Below are positions 9,197 to 20,727 of a DNA stretch of 64,000 bases, piece by piece. The notes beneath the pieces are model-generated. The model searched no databases. It was given only the letters and a program-made list of their open reading frames with translations, and was not told the origin of the DNA. A program made the position numbers and the translations under genes. The stretch is taken from assembly GCA_008690995.1 (NCBI GenBank), contig VRMN01000002.1, positions 186,001 to 250,000 of the forward strand, read 5' to 3'. Position 1 is the stretch's first letter. Every line of letters starts with the position of its first letter. Origin of the DNA: Porphyridium purpureum (taxonomy: Eukaryota).

Positions 9197-11507
9197 CGAG
9201 GTGGCAGAGTCCGACGACGAGGTGGGAGAGTCTGAGTTGGAGGATTTGGGCGACCGAGTTCACGTGAGAGTTTGAAGCAGAATCGTTTTGAGCTGTCTGT
9301 GCGAGCGCGATGGGAAAGGGTAGTGATTGTGCAAGCCGTATCCGTTTTTTAAAGCCTGCTTGAATCAGGCCGGTACCTCTGGCCGAAAACGGCAGCATTG
9401 AGCGACCCGTACGAAGGAGAGGTTTGTAGGCGGTGGCTGAGATCGTGAGACGAAGCGTCCAGGCTTCCATGAGGAGGTTGATCCTCGCCTGTGATCAAGC
9501 GCCCATACCACGGTCACGAACGTTTGGGGGAATTCACCAGTTTCAGGTTCGTGGAAGAATAAAGTCTTACTGTGCAGAGATGACACGTAAAGCCGCTCGG
9601 AAAGATGGCGGACTTGGTGCCTGGCGCAAAGCTCGTGCACGGCTAGCGCAAGAGATTCAAGGATGAGATTGAGAATTGGCCTCACATCAACTGGGCAAAT
9701 GAACAGGACAATTCAATTGATGCGTTCAATCTTCACTGCTTTTCCGCGGACGGGCCAGTTGTGCCTGCGATTTCTCGCTTGACAGTCCGTCTCTCGAGGG
9801 TATGGTCCGGAAAGCGACATACACGTTGTATTTGCTGTATCCCACGCTTCCGCTTAAGGATCACGTGGGTATCTTCTACTCTTTGACTTGTCTGGTCGCG
9901 CACCAAGAAAAGGCCCAGTCGAAGGCTGACCCAGCAGCTTGTGAATCATAACAGTATCGTTTTGCACACCTGTAAATTGCGTGACTTCTGCTGTAGAACG
10001 GAGCCTTCTTGAGCTCATGACTGCGGCAGAAACACACGCTATGACTGGGTCCAGCGGGTGAACGCGATAAATCAAAGTGTTGAAGCTTCGACAGCAGAGC
10101 AGAGCAGATCTTTCGAAGCTTCACTGAATGATGACGACAGAACGCTGATAGGCGCCAGTGTCATTCGGCGTGCTGTGGCTCCGTGCAATCGTCCTTCTGA
10201 GCTCCTCCTGCATTGCTTCTAGAAATGATAAAGCGCGCGTTGTTTGCCAGCCTCCGGCATGGAAAGCGGAAAGTAATTCCGACTCGCGCGCGACTCGACA
10301 CTATTATTTTTCTTGTTCATTTAAATACTCGAGGCGCAGATGCTGCACTCGGCAAAGCGTCTCGCAACAAAGCTGACTTTGTATCTCCACTCTGTCCAAG
10401 CTCGCCCATGCCCGAACGCTCCACCTGCTCACAAGCACGCGCCGTTCCGCGACAGCCTCTAGCGCGTCGACGCGTGTTCGCGGAGGGTGGTCACCTCGGT
10501 GCAGCGCGTATGGTTTTTGCGCGGCAACGATTCCGCGCTTGACATGCGTTGAAAACCGCAGCGCTCGCGTGTCGCGCAACAGCTCACCCTCTTTATCATC
10601 ATCTTCTTCTCCACCACCTTGGCTTTGGATGCGTGCATCAGCTTCTGAAAGATCTGCATGATTGCTCCTTCGCTTCTGGCAGACAGAGAATGTGCGTCTC
10701 TGACCGTCTGCAACACGATTCGTCGTGCTTCCCCGCAGCCCCTTCAGAAACAGGTAATCTTGACGCTTGCTCATACGCAGCCGTGACCAACACGCGCGTT
10801 CACGCGCTCTGCTTCTTGGCATGACCCAAGCGCTTGCCTTGCGGCGCTCGCAATGTGGCGATATTCCATCTGTGGATGTTTGCCGGAGTCCGTCGTTGGC
10901 CGGTCGACCCCCTCTTCCACGCAGACCGAGACGCGCACCTCTGGTTTGCCATTTGTGCAAACGAAGCGAACAGCACACCACGCAGGCGGCGACCTGATCA
11001 TGCGGAACCAGCGTTCACCACCGCATCTCACGCTCCTTTCGACGACTCTATCGAGCAGCTCGCGGCACTTGTGCGCGTTGGTCGGCCGTTGGAGGACGAC
11101 ATTGCATAACTGTCGCAATACTCGGGATTGCGTCCCGGAAGATATCTTCAAGAGCGTGGGAGTGAAACTACGGAGCCGAGGACCGTCTGGTCATGGGCTC
11201 CGTGGTGTTCCTGCGCGTTCCGGGTAGTCCCCTCTTTCGCACTTTGAACTCTACCGTAAGATTTCTCTCGCACACTTTACTAAATTCTTATCTTCCTTTT
11301 CTTCCCTGCGCGTGACCGCCAAGGTAAGGGCCGCGCTATTTATATTGTTCAGGAACTTGAACCAACCGACATGTGAGACGCCTCTGAAAATACATGAGTA
11401 CAGTGATCACGACGACAATAACCGCAGCGAGCTGTTGGATAAGCAGGACTCAAGAGCGCAGGAATATGCGCGCGGTTCGCCGTGGCTAGGTGCCCGGGCC
11501 TGGCGTT

Positions 11508-13046
11508 ATGGACGCAACGTTGTCGTCGGACGTGACACTTCGCACGGACAGCGAATCCCAAGCTACAGATGCGCGCGCCAGGCGCGAGGCACCGCGAAAG
11601 CGGATACGCTCCGTGCAGTTTTACGGCGACTCGGACGGCAGCGCGTGGACATCGCACTCGGTGCTCGAGGTCGGGGCGGGCGTACGGCACCCATTCAGCA
11701 CATCGGAACAACGAAGAGCGCTGCGAACAGCGCAGGTGCCTGAAGAGCGGATATACCGGGAGTTCCCAACGCAGGCTGAGGCTATGCGGTTCGCAACTGC
11801 AGCTCCAGCCGACGACACCGCCATTAGCGCAGCCTCCGAAAGGAACGCGCCGCGCCTGGCGTGCTTTGCGCGTGAGCTGGATGGATCCGGCAGACGGCGA
11901 TTCATAGTGGCGACGTATCGCGAGTTTGTGAGGCGGTACGCGCAGCTGTGGCGAGAACAGGGCAGTCCGGCGTGCCACTTTTACGAGCTTATTCCCGCAA
12001 ACCACCCATGCAAGCTCTACCTTGATGTTGAGTTTCGCCGTTGTAGCGATGGCGTAAACGTTGCGGGTCCAGCTTCGCAGTCGGCGCTCGAAACATCATC
12101 GCAGCTGCTGCTTCCACGGGCGAGCAACGTGGCCAGCGCGCCGACGCTCGTGCTGCGGCTCGGGGAAATCATCCAAGAACTGCTTCAGGAGGTATACAAG
12201 GTGGATGAGCTGGCATGCCGCAAGATGATGATCTTGGACTCGTCCACTCCAAGCAAGTTCTCCGTTCATTTGATTTTCCCAGACGTTGTGTTTGCGTCAA
12301 ATGGTGCCATGGGTGAATTTGTTGAGCTCGTGCAGGCGCATTCACCAGAGCTATGGCTCGAGCAGGACGATGGCACGGCCGCGCACATCATTGACATGGG
12401 CGTCTACTCGAGAAACCGCTGCTTTCGGATGTTGGGCTCCACCAAGCATGGAAAACAAGCCGCGCTGTCTCTATGCCAGACGCAAGTAGGTGACGCGTAC
12501 GTGCCTTTACCTTCATTTTCGCAGGACGATTTGCTGCGCAGCCTTGTGTGCAATGTGCCGGTCGATCTTTTGTGCCTCGCACCCAAGCGCTGCCTTGGTA
12601 CGGTGAGACCGGATTCTGGCCGTAGCAGTGCAGGTTCCAGAGCCATGATGAAGGCAAACGGGACCATACCGGCGAGTCACACGTCGAGCGCAGCTCCGCC
12701 GTCGACGCTCGCGCCTGCGCGGAAGGAGAATCCAGACATCGATGCGTTCGTGTCTACACTCATTTGGATCAATCGCGATGCTTCGAGTCACGAGGCGCCG
12801 CGCATTACGCGGGTCATCCCGCTGGGCGACGCGCAACTAGCGTACTGGATCGGCGGCGGCTACCGCTTCTGCGCGCGCATCGAGCGGCATCACAAGTCGA
12901 ACGGCGTCGTGATTGTGTGCGACCTGGCGCGGCGCTTGTGGTTCCAGCGTTGCTTTGACCCAGACTGCCGAGCTGCGCGCTTCCAATCCGCGGCCATGCC
13001 TCTCCCCGTGAGGATATCCGGCGAAATGCCCCGTCCTTTGGCTTGA
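11508..13046 (+). CDS. PRIMPOL: DNA primase/polymerase PrimPol (AEP family)
   Basis: GRRRFIV, HFYELI..PCKLYLDVEF (DxE), KFSVHLIF (SxH), IDMGVYSRNRCFR; C-terminal UL52-type zinc finger C-x6-H..CFDPDC. Confidence 0.92.
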   Translation: MDATLSSDVTLRTDSESQATDARARREAPRKRIRSVQFYGDSDGSAWTSHSVLEVGAGVRHPFSTSEQRRALRTAQVPEERIYREFPTQAEAMRFATAAPADDTAISAASERNAPRLACFARELDGSGRRRFIVATYREFVRRYAQLWREQGSPACHFYELIPANHPCKLYLDVEFRRCSDGVNVAGPASQSALETSSQLLLPRASNVASAPTLVLRLGEIIQELLQEVYKVDELACRKMMILDSSTPSKFSVHLIFPDVVFASNGAMGEFVELVQAHSPELWLEQDDGTAAHIIDMGVYSRNRCFRMLGSTKHGKQAALSLCQTQVGDAYVPLPSFSQDDLLRSLVCNVPVDLLCLAPKRCLGTVRPDSGRSSAGSRAMMKANGTIPASHTSSAAPPSTLAPARKENPDIDAFVSTLIWINRDASSHEAPRITRVIPLGDAQLAYWIGGGYRFCARIERHHKSNGVVIVCDLARRLWFQRCFDPDCRAARFQSAAMPLPVRISGEMPRPLA

Positions 13047-13944
13047 ACGGCCAGTGGCAGTTGCAAGATTCGCCCGGGCGGCAGCGCTGTGAGCCTAGTC
13101 GTATGAATCTACGAATGTGGTGTTTGGCATGCGCGCAGTGCGTGCGTGCGCCCTAAGTCAGCCTCTCGATTACGATCCTCTCGAAGCCTGCAGTAAAGGT
13201 TTTCGCCGTCGAATTGCGGCAGCGCAGTGATTCATACCATCATGCCGCGCTAAGAAGTTACCGAGATTCGCAGTGAGGAAAGTACCGGCACGTGCGCTCA
13301 ACACCGCTAGCGCGATTATCAGTTCTGCCTGCGTGCCTCGTCCGCGTACTTGCCCAATTGCAAAGCCGAATAAGTGCATTGATGATCGTTGCTAGCTGAT
13401 GCGGACGCACATTTTGCTGAGCAGTTTCGCGTGACGCAGTTGCATACGCTGGAAGGGCAAACGGCAGAGGGGCGGGAATAGGAGCGAGCTGAAAATCAAG
13501 CAGCTCTGTTAACTTCTGGCCGTGTCTGCTCGTACACATGGTTTGCCACGCACGCACGCATTTGTGGGACACGCACGCATGGTTTGCGTGTGTATGTGTG
13601 TGTGTGTGCGCGCCGTGTGTGCGCGCGCCGTGCATGCCGGAGCCTTGCGCTTAGTACTTTGATCCGATTGCGAAGAGGCATATGAGTCACGAGTCTTCGC
13701 GTCTAAATCAATGTAGAGGCGCAACGCTTGTGCAAGCTATCACTTCAAAAAGCTGCGCAAGCACCGTGACATTGTAGCATTTATACGAGGTAGTGCAGAA
13801 CAGACGTCGTGGTCGGACGAGCGAGACTGTCGGCGATCCCACCTCGGCCGTCAAGTCGAAAGAGAGCCGCGAGCAAACGAACATAGATTGCGCACGGCGG
13901 CTGTTGGGCCCGCAGGCGCGACATTCATTGACGACCGCTCGCAC

Positions 13945-14721
13945 ATGGTCAAAAACGCCCAGTCGCAACTTTGCGAAAGGTCCGCGTCTTCGCATTTGGC
14001 TACGTCGTCGCACAGCACGGCAGAAGAGAAGGCAAGAATGTGGACTGAACTGAGCCAGGCTGTAGGCCGTCAGAAAAGCGAAGGAAGAAAGAGACCTGTG
14101 ATGCTTGACACAGAACTCGTCCAGACAGACATCCAGGATGTCACAGCGCCGCAGGCCGAGAATCATCCCAACCGCTCGGACGGCGCGGCCGCGCAGAGAT
14201 CCGAGGTAAAGCCGCAGTCGCCCGTCCGTGCTGGCACGGGAACGGTGCCTCAGCGCTTCCGCGAGCAAAGAGCAGGCTCGCTCACACGCAAAATATCACC
14301 CCGACCAAGCTTTGGTGTCTTTCACGAGACCGTGGAAAAGGCGCGAACGCCGCGCGGAGGTGGCATCTCACCCGCGCTCTCCGCGACTGTGCGCGAATCC
14401 ATACGGACGCCAAGGGGAGATATAGGCGTTTCGTCGCCACTTTCGATCCTGAGTCCATCGACGCAGCGGAACAGGGTCTCGTGCGACCTCGACGGGTACT
14501 CATCGTCTGTTGGTCGACAGACAACACAAGAGGACATCGAAGAGAACGGAGGCATTGTCCCAGGCACGGACATTGTCGTGGGCAAAGTTTCATACGTTCA
14601 CGAGCGAGGCACAGTCCACAAGGTCGTCACGCTTGGTCTCACCACGAGTCCGAGGACGCCGCGCTTCCAGAGTACTCTTGCGCCCGTTCAGGAGGAAGAC
14701 GAGGAGTGGGAACAAGAATGA
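13945..14721 (+). CDS. Hypothetical disordered Ser/Thr-Pro-rich protein
   Basis: 258-codon ORF with an acidic end and repeated RTPR motifs; no recognised domain. Confidence 0.55.
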   Translation: MVKNAQSQLCERSASSHLATSSHSTAEEKARMWTELSQAVGRQKSEGRKRPVMLDTELVQTDIQDVTAPQAENHPNRSDGAAAQRSEVKPQSPVRAGTGTVPQRFREQRAGSLTRKISPRPSFGVFHETVEKARTPRGGGISPALSATVRESIRTPRGDIGVSSPLSILSPSTQRNRVSCDLDGYSSSVGRQTTQEDIEENGGIVPGTDIVVGKVSYVHERGTVHKVVTLGLTTSPRTPRFQSTLAPVQEEDEEWEQE

Positions 14722-14735
14722 GCTGTATCTATAAA

Positions 14736-17276
14736 TTAATTGTCCGACATGACGCCATTCCGAAGCCAATGGTCCTCAACCTTACATATTTCGGCACGCG
14801 CGCCACATGCGAGAAGCTCGTGCATCCAGGCACGCTGACGCGCACTGAGTGAGTCGCGCGGTCCTTTGACTTCGACAAACATCGCGCATCGCCTTTCCAA
14901 ACTCCAGAGCACGACGTCGGGAAAGCCACCACACCAATAGTCGAAATCCAAGCAAAGCAGACGCAGCATATGCGCCAAAACCGCCGGCTCCAAGCAACCC
15001 GCCACGTCGGTAAATTCGCGTTCGCCCCGATTGATCAAGCCCCAGCTCACACCTGCGCACAACGTATTTCGGTGCGCGTCAATGGCTGTTGAAGCAAGCC
15101 GCGCGATATCGGCCTTGCCAGAACGGGCTATTGCGTCGAGTTTCGCGTCCAAAGCCGCACGCCGATTGAAGTAGAATTGCTCGGTACCCAAATCGATCGG
15201 CCGAATTTGTGCAGCAGAGTGAAATCCGTTGGTCACATCGGCAAAGAGCTCGTCCCACAAAAGGAGCCCAAACAGGCTCGTCACCAGGCGCCCTTCCACG
15301 TGCATACCATCGGTCCACGCCTGCTCCTCCCTGTAAAGCTGGATGGCAAGCTCCTCTACACTGCTCATTCTGTCATTTAGACCCCAAAAGCACGAGCGTC
15401 GGCCAGGCTCTCGAGCAGAGTCCAGTGGGCGCCCAAGCACCGTTTTCTGTGGAATTTTCATCCACGCCGCCGAGTCTAGCCCAGTCAAGCCCTGGATGTG
15501 AGACGGAAGCGTCTTCTTCCTCCGTGTGCGCGAAGCATTGTTGTCACGTCCACCGTTTTCCTTGCATGCATCGAGCTTGCGCCAGAGACGCACAGCGCGA
15601 CGCGCGAGCGCGAGCTGATCGCCACGCCGAGTGCTTAGTCGCGTTTCCTGCTCGGATAAACCTTCCAGGCACACGTCGAGCGCACGCTGCGTGTCATCAA
15701 GGTGCTCGTGCAAATCGATACTTAAGCGATCAAACCAGCGACCGCGCTTTAGCGGAACAAGACCAGAGCGTAGCAACAATTCGAGCCTGTATACGGCGCT
15801 CTCGTGCTCACCCGTTCGTTCCAGAAAACTCACTGACCGCCACGCCACAAGCGCGGCTACCCAATCTGCGCGGAAGCGCGCAAAAATGGGCGGTGTGTAA
15901 TCGTCGGATGCATTAGGGCGTGTTTGCTCCCTCTTGTGGACAAACTGTTCAAGCCGTTCGTGCGCTTTGTTCCCCAGCTCACTCAGCGTCGCGTCATCGC
16001 ACCCGCCAAAACTCTCGACGCGCTCCAAGCTTTCAAGAGCTGCTTCGTACTCAAGAAACTGCTCCCTGGACGAGAAAATAGGGCCCTCACAGCGGCACTT
16101 AAATTTCGGCAGCGATATCTTTTGCGCCTCGGCAAGGATCAATGCAGTATCAGCGAAACCTTCCGGTGCCCCAATTTGCGGATCAATCACGTGGTACATC
16201 GTATGCATGCGCTTGAAGGTGCGGCTGGCGAAAGGCGATACGCATAAAATGTTCGCCAGTGACAAGGATAGCTTTTGCATTCTTTGAAGAATGATCGTAG
16301 CAAAGCGCTCTCCGGTCAATGTAACTTGGTGCCGTCTGGGCCCTTCTGTCGAAGACACGGGAGGATCCAGGAAAAAGCTCGCTATCCTACTCCGAACAGC
16401 CGCAGGTTTAGTTCGCAGATAGCCGTCTGCTGTTCTTTTGGTACAGTCACTTGGCAGAGTCGCAGCTATATGACGCAGCTCGGTGTCGTCCAATGCATTC
16501 AGTAGCGAAACCAAGCCGTCACGCAACTCTTGCGTAAGGCCCGTCCCCGACGATTCGCTGATTGCATGGTCCACAAACTGCGACGCCTGCATCATCATTC
16601 CGGCGGCACATAAAGTGTCGAGCGCCGTTCGCCCGTCAGCTACCTCGGCATAGTGCTCCGCAATGTCGTCGCGGCGATAGAACGAACCTCGCTTTCGTCG
16701 GTACAACCGCACAAACAAATGCCGCGCATTGTCGTCGAGCGCATCGCCTCGTGGTGCTGGTGAAAGCGGCAGAAACGCGCGCGCGAGGCCAAGTTCTTCC
16801 TTGTCCAAAACATGTGCGTAGCTTTTCAGCGCAAACTTGACAACGCGTAAGAATGCACGTAGGTAGTACTTGATCTCTGGGTCCAGCGACGATGTTTCCT
16901 GCGAAGATGGTGGGTGCTGCACTGGCACCACAGGGTTTCGATTCTCAGCACTGACTTGGTCATGCGTCAGCGGCCGCAGCTGAAGAACGCTACGATACTC
17001 GACATGGTTTTCCTCAACTTTGAACCCAGTTTGATGCACAGAAAGATGCTCTGCAGAGCGCCTTGCCTGGAGCTGTGCCGATCCTGCCCGTTTAGTTACA
17101 CCGCCGCGCAGGATCGTCTGCACGTGTACGACATCACTGTCGCTGTCGTCAATATCCTTCACCGTGTCGGACGCGGGCGTGCGCGATCGCGCGTGGCGGC
17201 GGTGTTTGGCGCCAGGCACGCGTCCGCGCCGCATTTGCAGCAGGTGCACAACATCACCCTGCTGCTTGCCGCTCAT
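14736..17276 (-). CDS. FAN1: Fanconi-associated nuclease 1 (VRR-NUC domain)
   Basis: LFVRLYRRK, SVEELA, GMHVEG, LFGLLLWD and the VRR-NUC motif GGFPD...FVEVKGPRDSLSARQRAW. Confidence 0.92.
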   Translation of the reverse strand: MSGKQQGDVVHLLQMRRGRVPGAKHRRHARSRTPASDTVKDIDDSDSDVVHVQTILRGGVTKRAGSAQLQARRSAEHLSVHQTGFKVEENHVEYRSVLQLRPLTHDQVSAENRNPVVPVQHPPSSQETSSLDPEIKYYLRAFLRVVKFALKSYAHVLDKEELGLARAFLPLSPAPRGDALDDNARHLFVRLYRRKRGSFYRRDDIAEHYAEVADGRTALDTLCAAGMMMQASQFVDHAISESSGTGLTQELRDGLVSLLNALDDTELRHIAATLPSDCTKRTADGYLRTKPAAVRSRIASFFLDPPVSSTEGPRRHQVTLTGERFATIILQRMQKLSLSLANILCVSPFASRTFKRMHTMYHVIDPQIGAPEGFADTALILAEAQKISLPKFKCRCEGPIFSSREQFLEYEAALESLERVESFGGCDDATLSELGNKAHERLEQFVHKREQTRPNASDDYTPPIFARFRADWVAALVAWRSVSFLERTGEHESAVYRLELLLRSGLVPLKRGRWFDRLSIDLHEHLDDTQRALDVCLEGLSEQETRLSTRRGDQLALARRAVRLWRKLDACKENGGRDNNASRTRRKKTLPSHIQGLTGLDSAAWMKIPQKTVLGRPLDSAREPGRRSCFWGLNDRMSSVEELAIQLYREEQAWTDGMHVEGRLVTSLFGLLLWDELFADVTNGFHSAAQIRPIDLGTEQFYFNRRAALDAKLDAIARSGKADIARLASTAIDAHRNTLCAGVSWGLINRGEREFTDVAGCLEPAVLAHMLRLLCLDFDYWCGGFPDVVLWSLERRCAMFVEVKGPRDSLSARQRAWMHELLACGARAEICKVEDHWLRNGVMSDN

Positions 17277-17459
17277 GGCTCAGCTCATAGTACGGTCCTT
17301 CCCCCCCGACTTTGACATCAACGCGCTTCGTGAGGCACATCACCTTCGCAGCATCCACCATTTCCTCTCCTTTTATTCTTCTCTTTTTACAAGATGCGCA
17401 ACCAATATAGACTTGAGAATCTGAAACACAAGCTAGACAAGAGTAATAACATAGGTTCT

Positions 17460-18200
17460 TCAAGCGCTGCCGCCGAGCAAGCGTGGGCGTGGCACGCTCG
17501 AGATGTCAATCGGACTTCCGAAATAGAGCTTCAGGCGTGAGCGCGTCTTGCCGCGTACATTGCGGCGGACCGGACGCCTGTGGTGCCACTCACATTGCTC
17601 CCAATTGTCAGGAAAGGCTGGCGTCGTGCCGCCCTCTGGAATATCCGTCTCTGCCGCGGCACGTTCTTCAGCACGCGCGGCAGCTTCCTCCCGTTCTTGG
17701 TTTTCCTGTGCGCGGAGACGAGTCAGCAGCATCAGTCGTGACACGGCAATGTCCTTGATTCCGCTCCTTTCCGCCTTGCAGTCCTTTGAGAACATTCGCT
17801 TGAGCGACCCCGAGAACGGTTCGGAACCGTGCGTGCTGCTGTGCCGGCGCAGCGACGCACCGCTTGACTTTGCCGAGCCACAAAACACCACGGACGCCGG
17901 CGCGCGCTCGGCATGCTTCTCGGCGCCCGAGGCGCCCGCGCGCCCGCGCTGGTTGGCGCAGGACCACTGCAGCAGCGGCGAGGCGTTGAACTCCTTCTCC
18001 CACCCCTTGAACGACATGCGGCTGTTCGAGAAGGAGGCCGACTCGAGGTCGACGTCCCAGAACGCGGCGGGCACCACCAGCTCTGCCTCCTGCGCAAACG
18101 GCTTGGGCACTTGCATGTGCGACTTGCCCAACGTGCTGACGTGCAAGCCGCGGTTATCGTAGCCAAACACTGGCGGCTGCACCGCCCCTCTTTTCGCCAT
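17460..18200 (-). CDS. Hypothetical protein, paralog of 20035-20727
   Basis: Shares blocks FSGSLKR(M/V)FS, IKDIAVSRLML, RPVRRxVRGKxRSxLKxYFGS with the downstream copy. Confidence 0.7.
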   Translation of the reverse strand: MAKRGAVQPPVFGYDNRGLHVSTLGKSHMQVPKPFAQEAELVVPAAFWDVDLESASFSNSRMSFKGWEKEFNASPLLQWSCANQRGRAGASGAEKHAERAPASVVFCGSAKSSGASLRRHSSTHGSEPFSGSLKRMFSKDCKAERSGIKDIAVSRLMLLTRLRAQENQEREEAAARAEERAAAETDIPEGGTTPAFPDNWEQCEWHHRRPVRRNVRGKTRSRLKLYFGSPIDISSVPRPRLLGGSA

Positions 18201-20034
18201 ATCCCTCCTCCTCACCAACACCTCTGTCCGCCACGCCTCCAAGCCCCCCCACAACACCTATTCCCCGCTACTCCGCGTCGTACCTACCCTTCTACCACAT
18301 CAGAATCCCACAGACCAGTATATATATACAGACACACACACACACACACGGCGCCTCTGATCTCCGCGTTACCACCACGACCTGTCCCGCTCCCTCCCTC
18401 TTCCAACTCGACTCGCGCGGTGCGGCGAGACACAGGGTTCTTGCTTTTCTTGCTCTTCTTGTTTTTCCGTGTCCTGCTTTTCCTCCTCGCGGCGCGTTGT
18501 GCCACCGTGCGCCCCGACGCGCAGCGTTGGCCGGAACGCCCCACACCGCGCGCGCACACACACACTGGCCAGCCAACATGTCAAGCAGTGCCGCCCGTTC
18601 GCAAACAAAAAACGCACAAAAGCGCCCAAAAAGAACCCGCAAATCTCGAAACGCTCCGAACACGCAAAAGAACACGCCGCCGCCACACATGGTGGGGGGG
18701 AAGGGGGGGGAGTATTAATATCCCATCAGTCCAATAGACAAAGTGGCACTTTCCCACAAGGGCACGCTAGCCCAGTAGGGCACGCTGGCCCAGTCGGGCA
18801 GCGGTGCGGTGGCCGAGGATGAGCCAAAGGAAAAGAAATAAATGGCTCATCGATGTGCGTGAATGCATGGTTTGGCGCGGAACTAAGCGTGAGAGAGGGG
18901 TGCATAGGATGACCTTGCAATGGCGGATGACGCGCGTCAGCGTGTGCGTGGAAGCGGGACGCGCGGACCGCTGCGGGTCGGAACCTCGCCGAGCGTGGCC
19001 GCGCTTATTGGAGTTCACGCGCCGGTCGCTGCCGCTCGCGGGTCTTATCCAAACGCACGCATTCGTTCCGGTGGTGTTTGACGGATACGCGACACGTTCT
19101 TTCGTCGCTGGAGCATGCAGCTAGATCATCCAGCAGCACGATTTCTCCGGCAAGCGCAGGAGCGCACTGTACCCGTGAGGTACATTTCGAGCCGATTTCC
19201 ACCGGACAATTGCTGGCGCACCTCCTCACAAGCACATGCGAAAGTGAAATCCCACGCGCGTCCGTGCTTGGGCGCATTTCGTCGATCGAGCGGAAGCACA
19301 AAGTTGACTGCGCCGGTCTCTTGCGTCTGAAGCCACTCTGTGCTTCGGTCTTACGCACCGCCGCCGAGCATCCCGCGGCCGAGGACTACGCACCGCGCAT
19401 GCAAGCACACCGACCCTCACGCGGTCTTTTACAAAGCCCATGCTCCTTGGCAAGCAATCCATCCGACTCGCCCGTGCGCGCCGGACTGCCGGCGTCCAGC
19501 ATGCTGCAGTTTCCGTGCCGTCGGTCGGAACGGATGCAAACATCTGCACGCCAGAATCGGTTTATCGGATCATGTCGAAACGGTGGAAGGTGCAAACTGA
19601 ACACCCATTGCGATAAGAAAGTGCAGTGTAAGCACCAAGCTGTGCCGTGCGGTCGAAAGCTGGCGAGGCTTGGACCGCGGGAGCGCCTGCCATGTCGCTG
19701 CTTGACTGCAGGTGGAGCACACCCCTTTAGGCGTTGTGGGGGCTGGCCAGACGGTGTTCCAAGTCATGCAGGTGGTGATGGTCGCAGACCAGACGGCAAG
19801 GTGGAAAATGCGGAGCAGCGAGGCGCGTGCGTTGCACTGTTGTCCTGAGAGACGAGGGCCAAGGACTCATGGCACCGTACCTACATTGGAATGATTCAGA
19901 CCAGCTGAGCCTCTCACTCTGGGCCAAGATGAGCATCAAGGAATGCAAAGGGACGCGCGTGATCTCATCGATCCATCAAAGCCTTTTACAATGTACATGA
20001 ACAAGAAGAAGTATAAAATCCGACCTGGGATTCC

Positions 20035-20727
20035 TCAAGCGTCGCTGCCTGGCACGCGAGGACGCGCCACGCTCGAGATGTTCATCAGACTTCCAAAGTA
20101 GCTCTTCAGAAGTGAGCGCGGCTTGCCGCGCACAGTGCGGCGGACCGGGCGCAGGTACTCCCGCCTCTCCTGAAAAGCACGGGCCTGCTCCTCATCCTCA
20201 CCCTCCTCCTCTTCAACATACGCCTCTGCATCTGCAAGCTCTTCAGCACGATTGGCAGCTTCCTCTAGATCACGTCTTTCCTGTTCGCGGGAACGAGTAA
20301 TCAGCATCAGTCTTGATACGGCAATGTCCTTGATTTCGCTCCGTTCGCCGCTGCAGTCACTCGAGAAAACTCGCTTAAGCGAACCCGAAAACGCATCGGA
20401 ACCGTACGTGTTGCTGTACTGGCGGGACGACACGCGACCAGGTTTTACCCAGTGCGCAAACCCGACGGACGATTGTGCGTGCTCGACATCCTGCCCTCGC
20501 TGGTGGGCACATGCATATTGAAAAGGTTGCGAGCCGCTTAACTCTGCCATCTTAAGCGACAGGTGGCTCTTTGAGAAGGACGCTGGCTCCAAATCCAAGT
20601 CCAGATACGCTGCGGGCAGGCCCGACTCTTTCCTCACATTAAACGACTTGGGCTCCTGCGAGTACAGTTTGCACGTGGAACCAGCATCCAAGCCGCGGTC
20701 CTCGCAGCCAACCACGATGGACGCCAT
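20035..20727 (-). CDS. Hypothetical protein, paralog of 17460-18200
   Basis: Same conserved blocks; both frames are intact despite nucleotide divergence. Confidence 0.7.
   Translation of the reverse strand: MASIVVGCEDRGLDAGSTCKLYSQEPKSFNVRKESGLPAAYLDLDLEPASFSKSHLSLKMAELSGSQPFQYACAHQRGQDVEHAQSSVGFAHWVKPGRVSSRQYSNTYGSDAFSGSLKRVFSSDCSGERSEIKDIAVSRLMLITRSREQERRDLEEAANRAEELADAEAYVEEEEGEDEEQARAFQERREYLRPVRRTVRGKPRSLLKSYFGSLMNISSVARPRVPGSDA

Noticed and set aside
10304..11151. Minus-strand ORF fragments with an acidic patch
   Set aside because: No identifiable family and interrupted by stops; cannot support a gene call.
19078..19848. 256-aa ORF between the tandem paralogs
   Set aside because: Non-ATG start, composition typical of random GC-rich sequence, no motifs.
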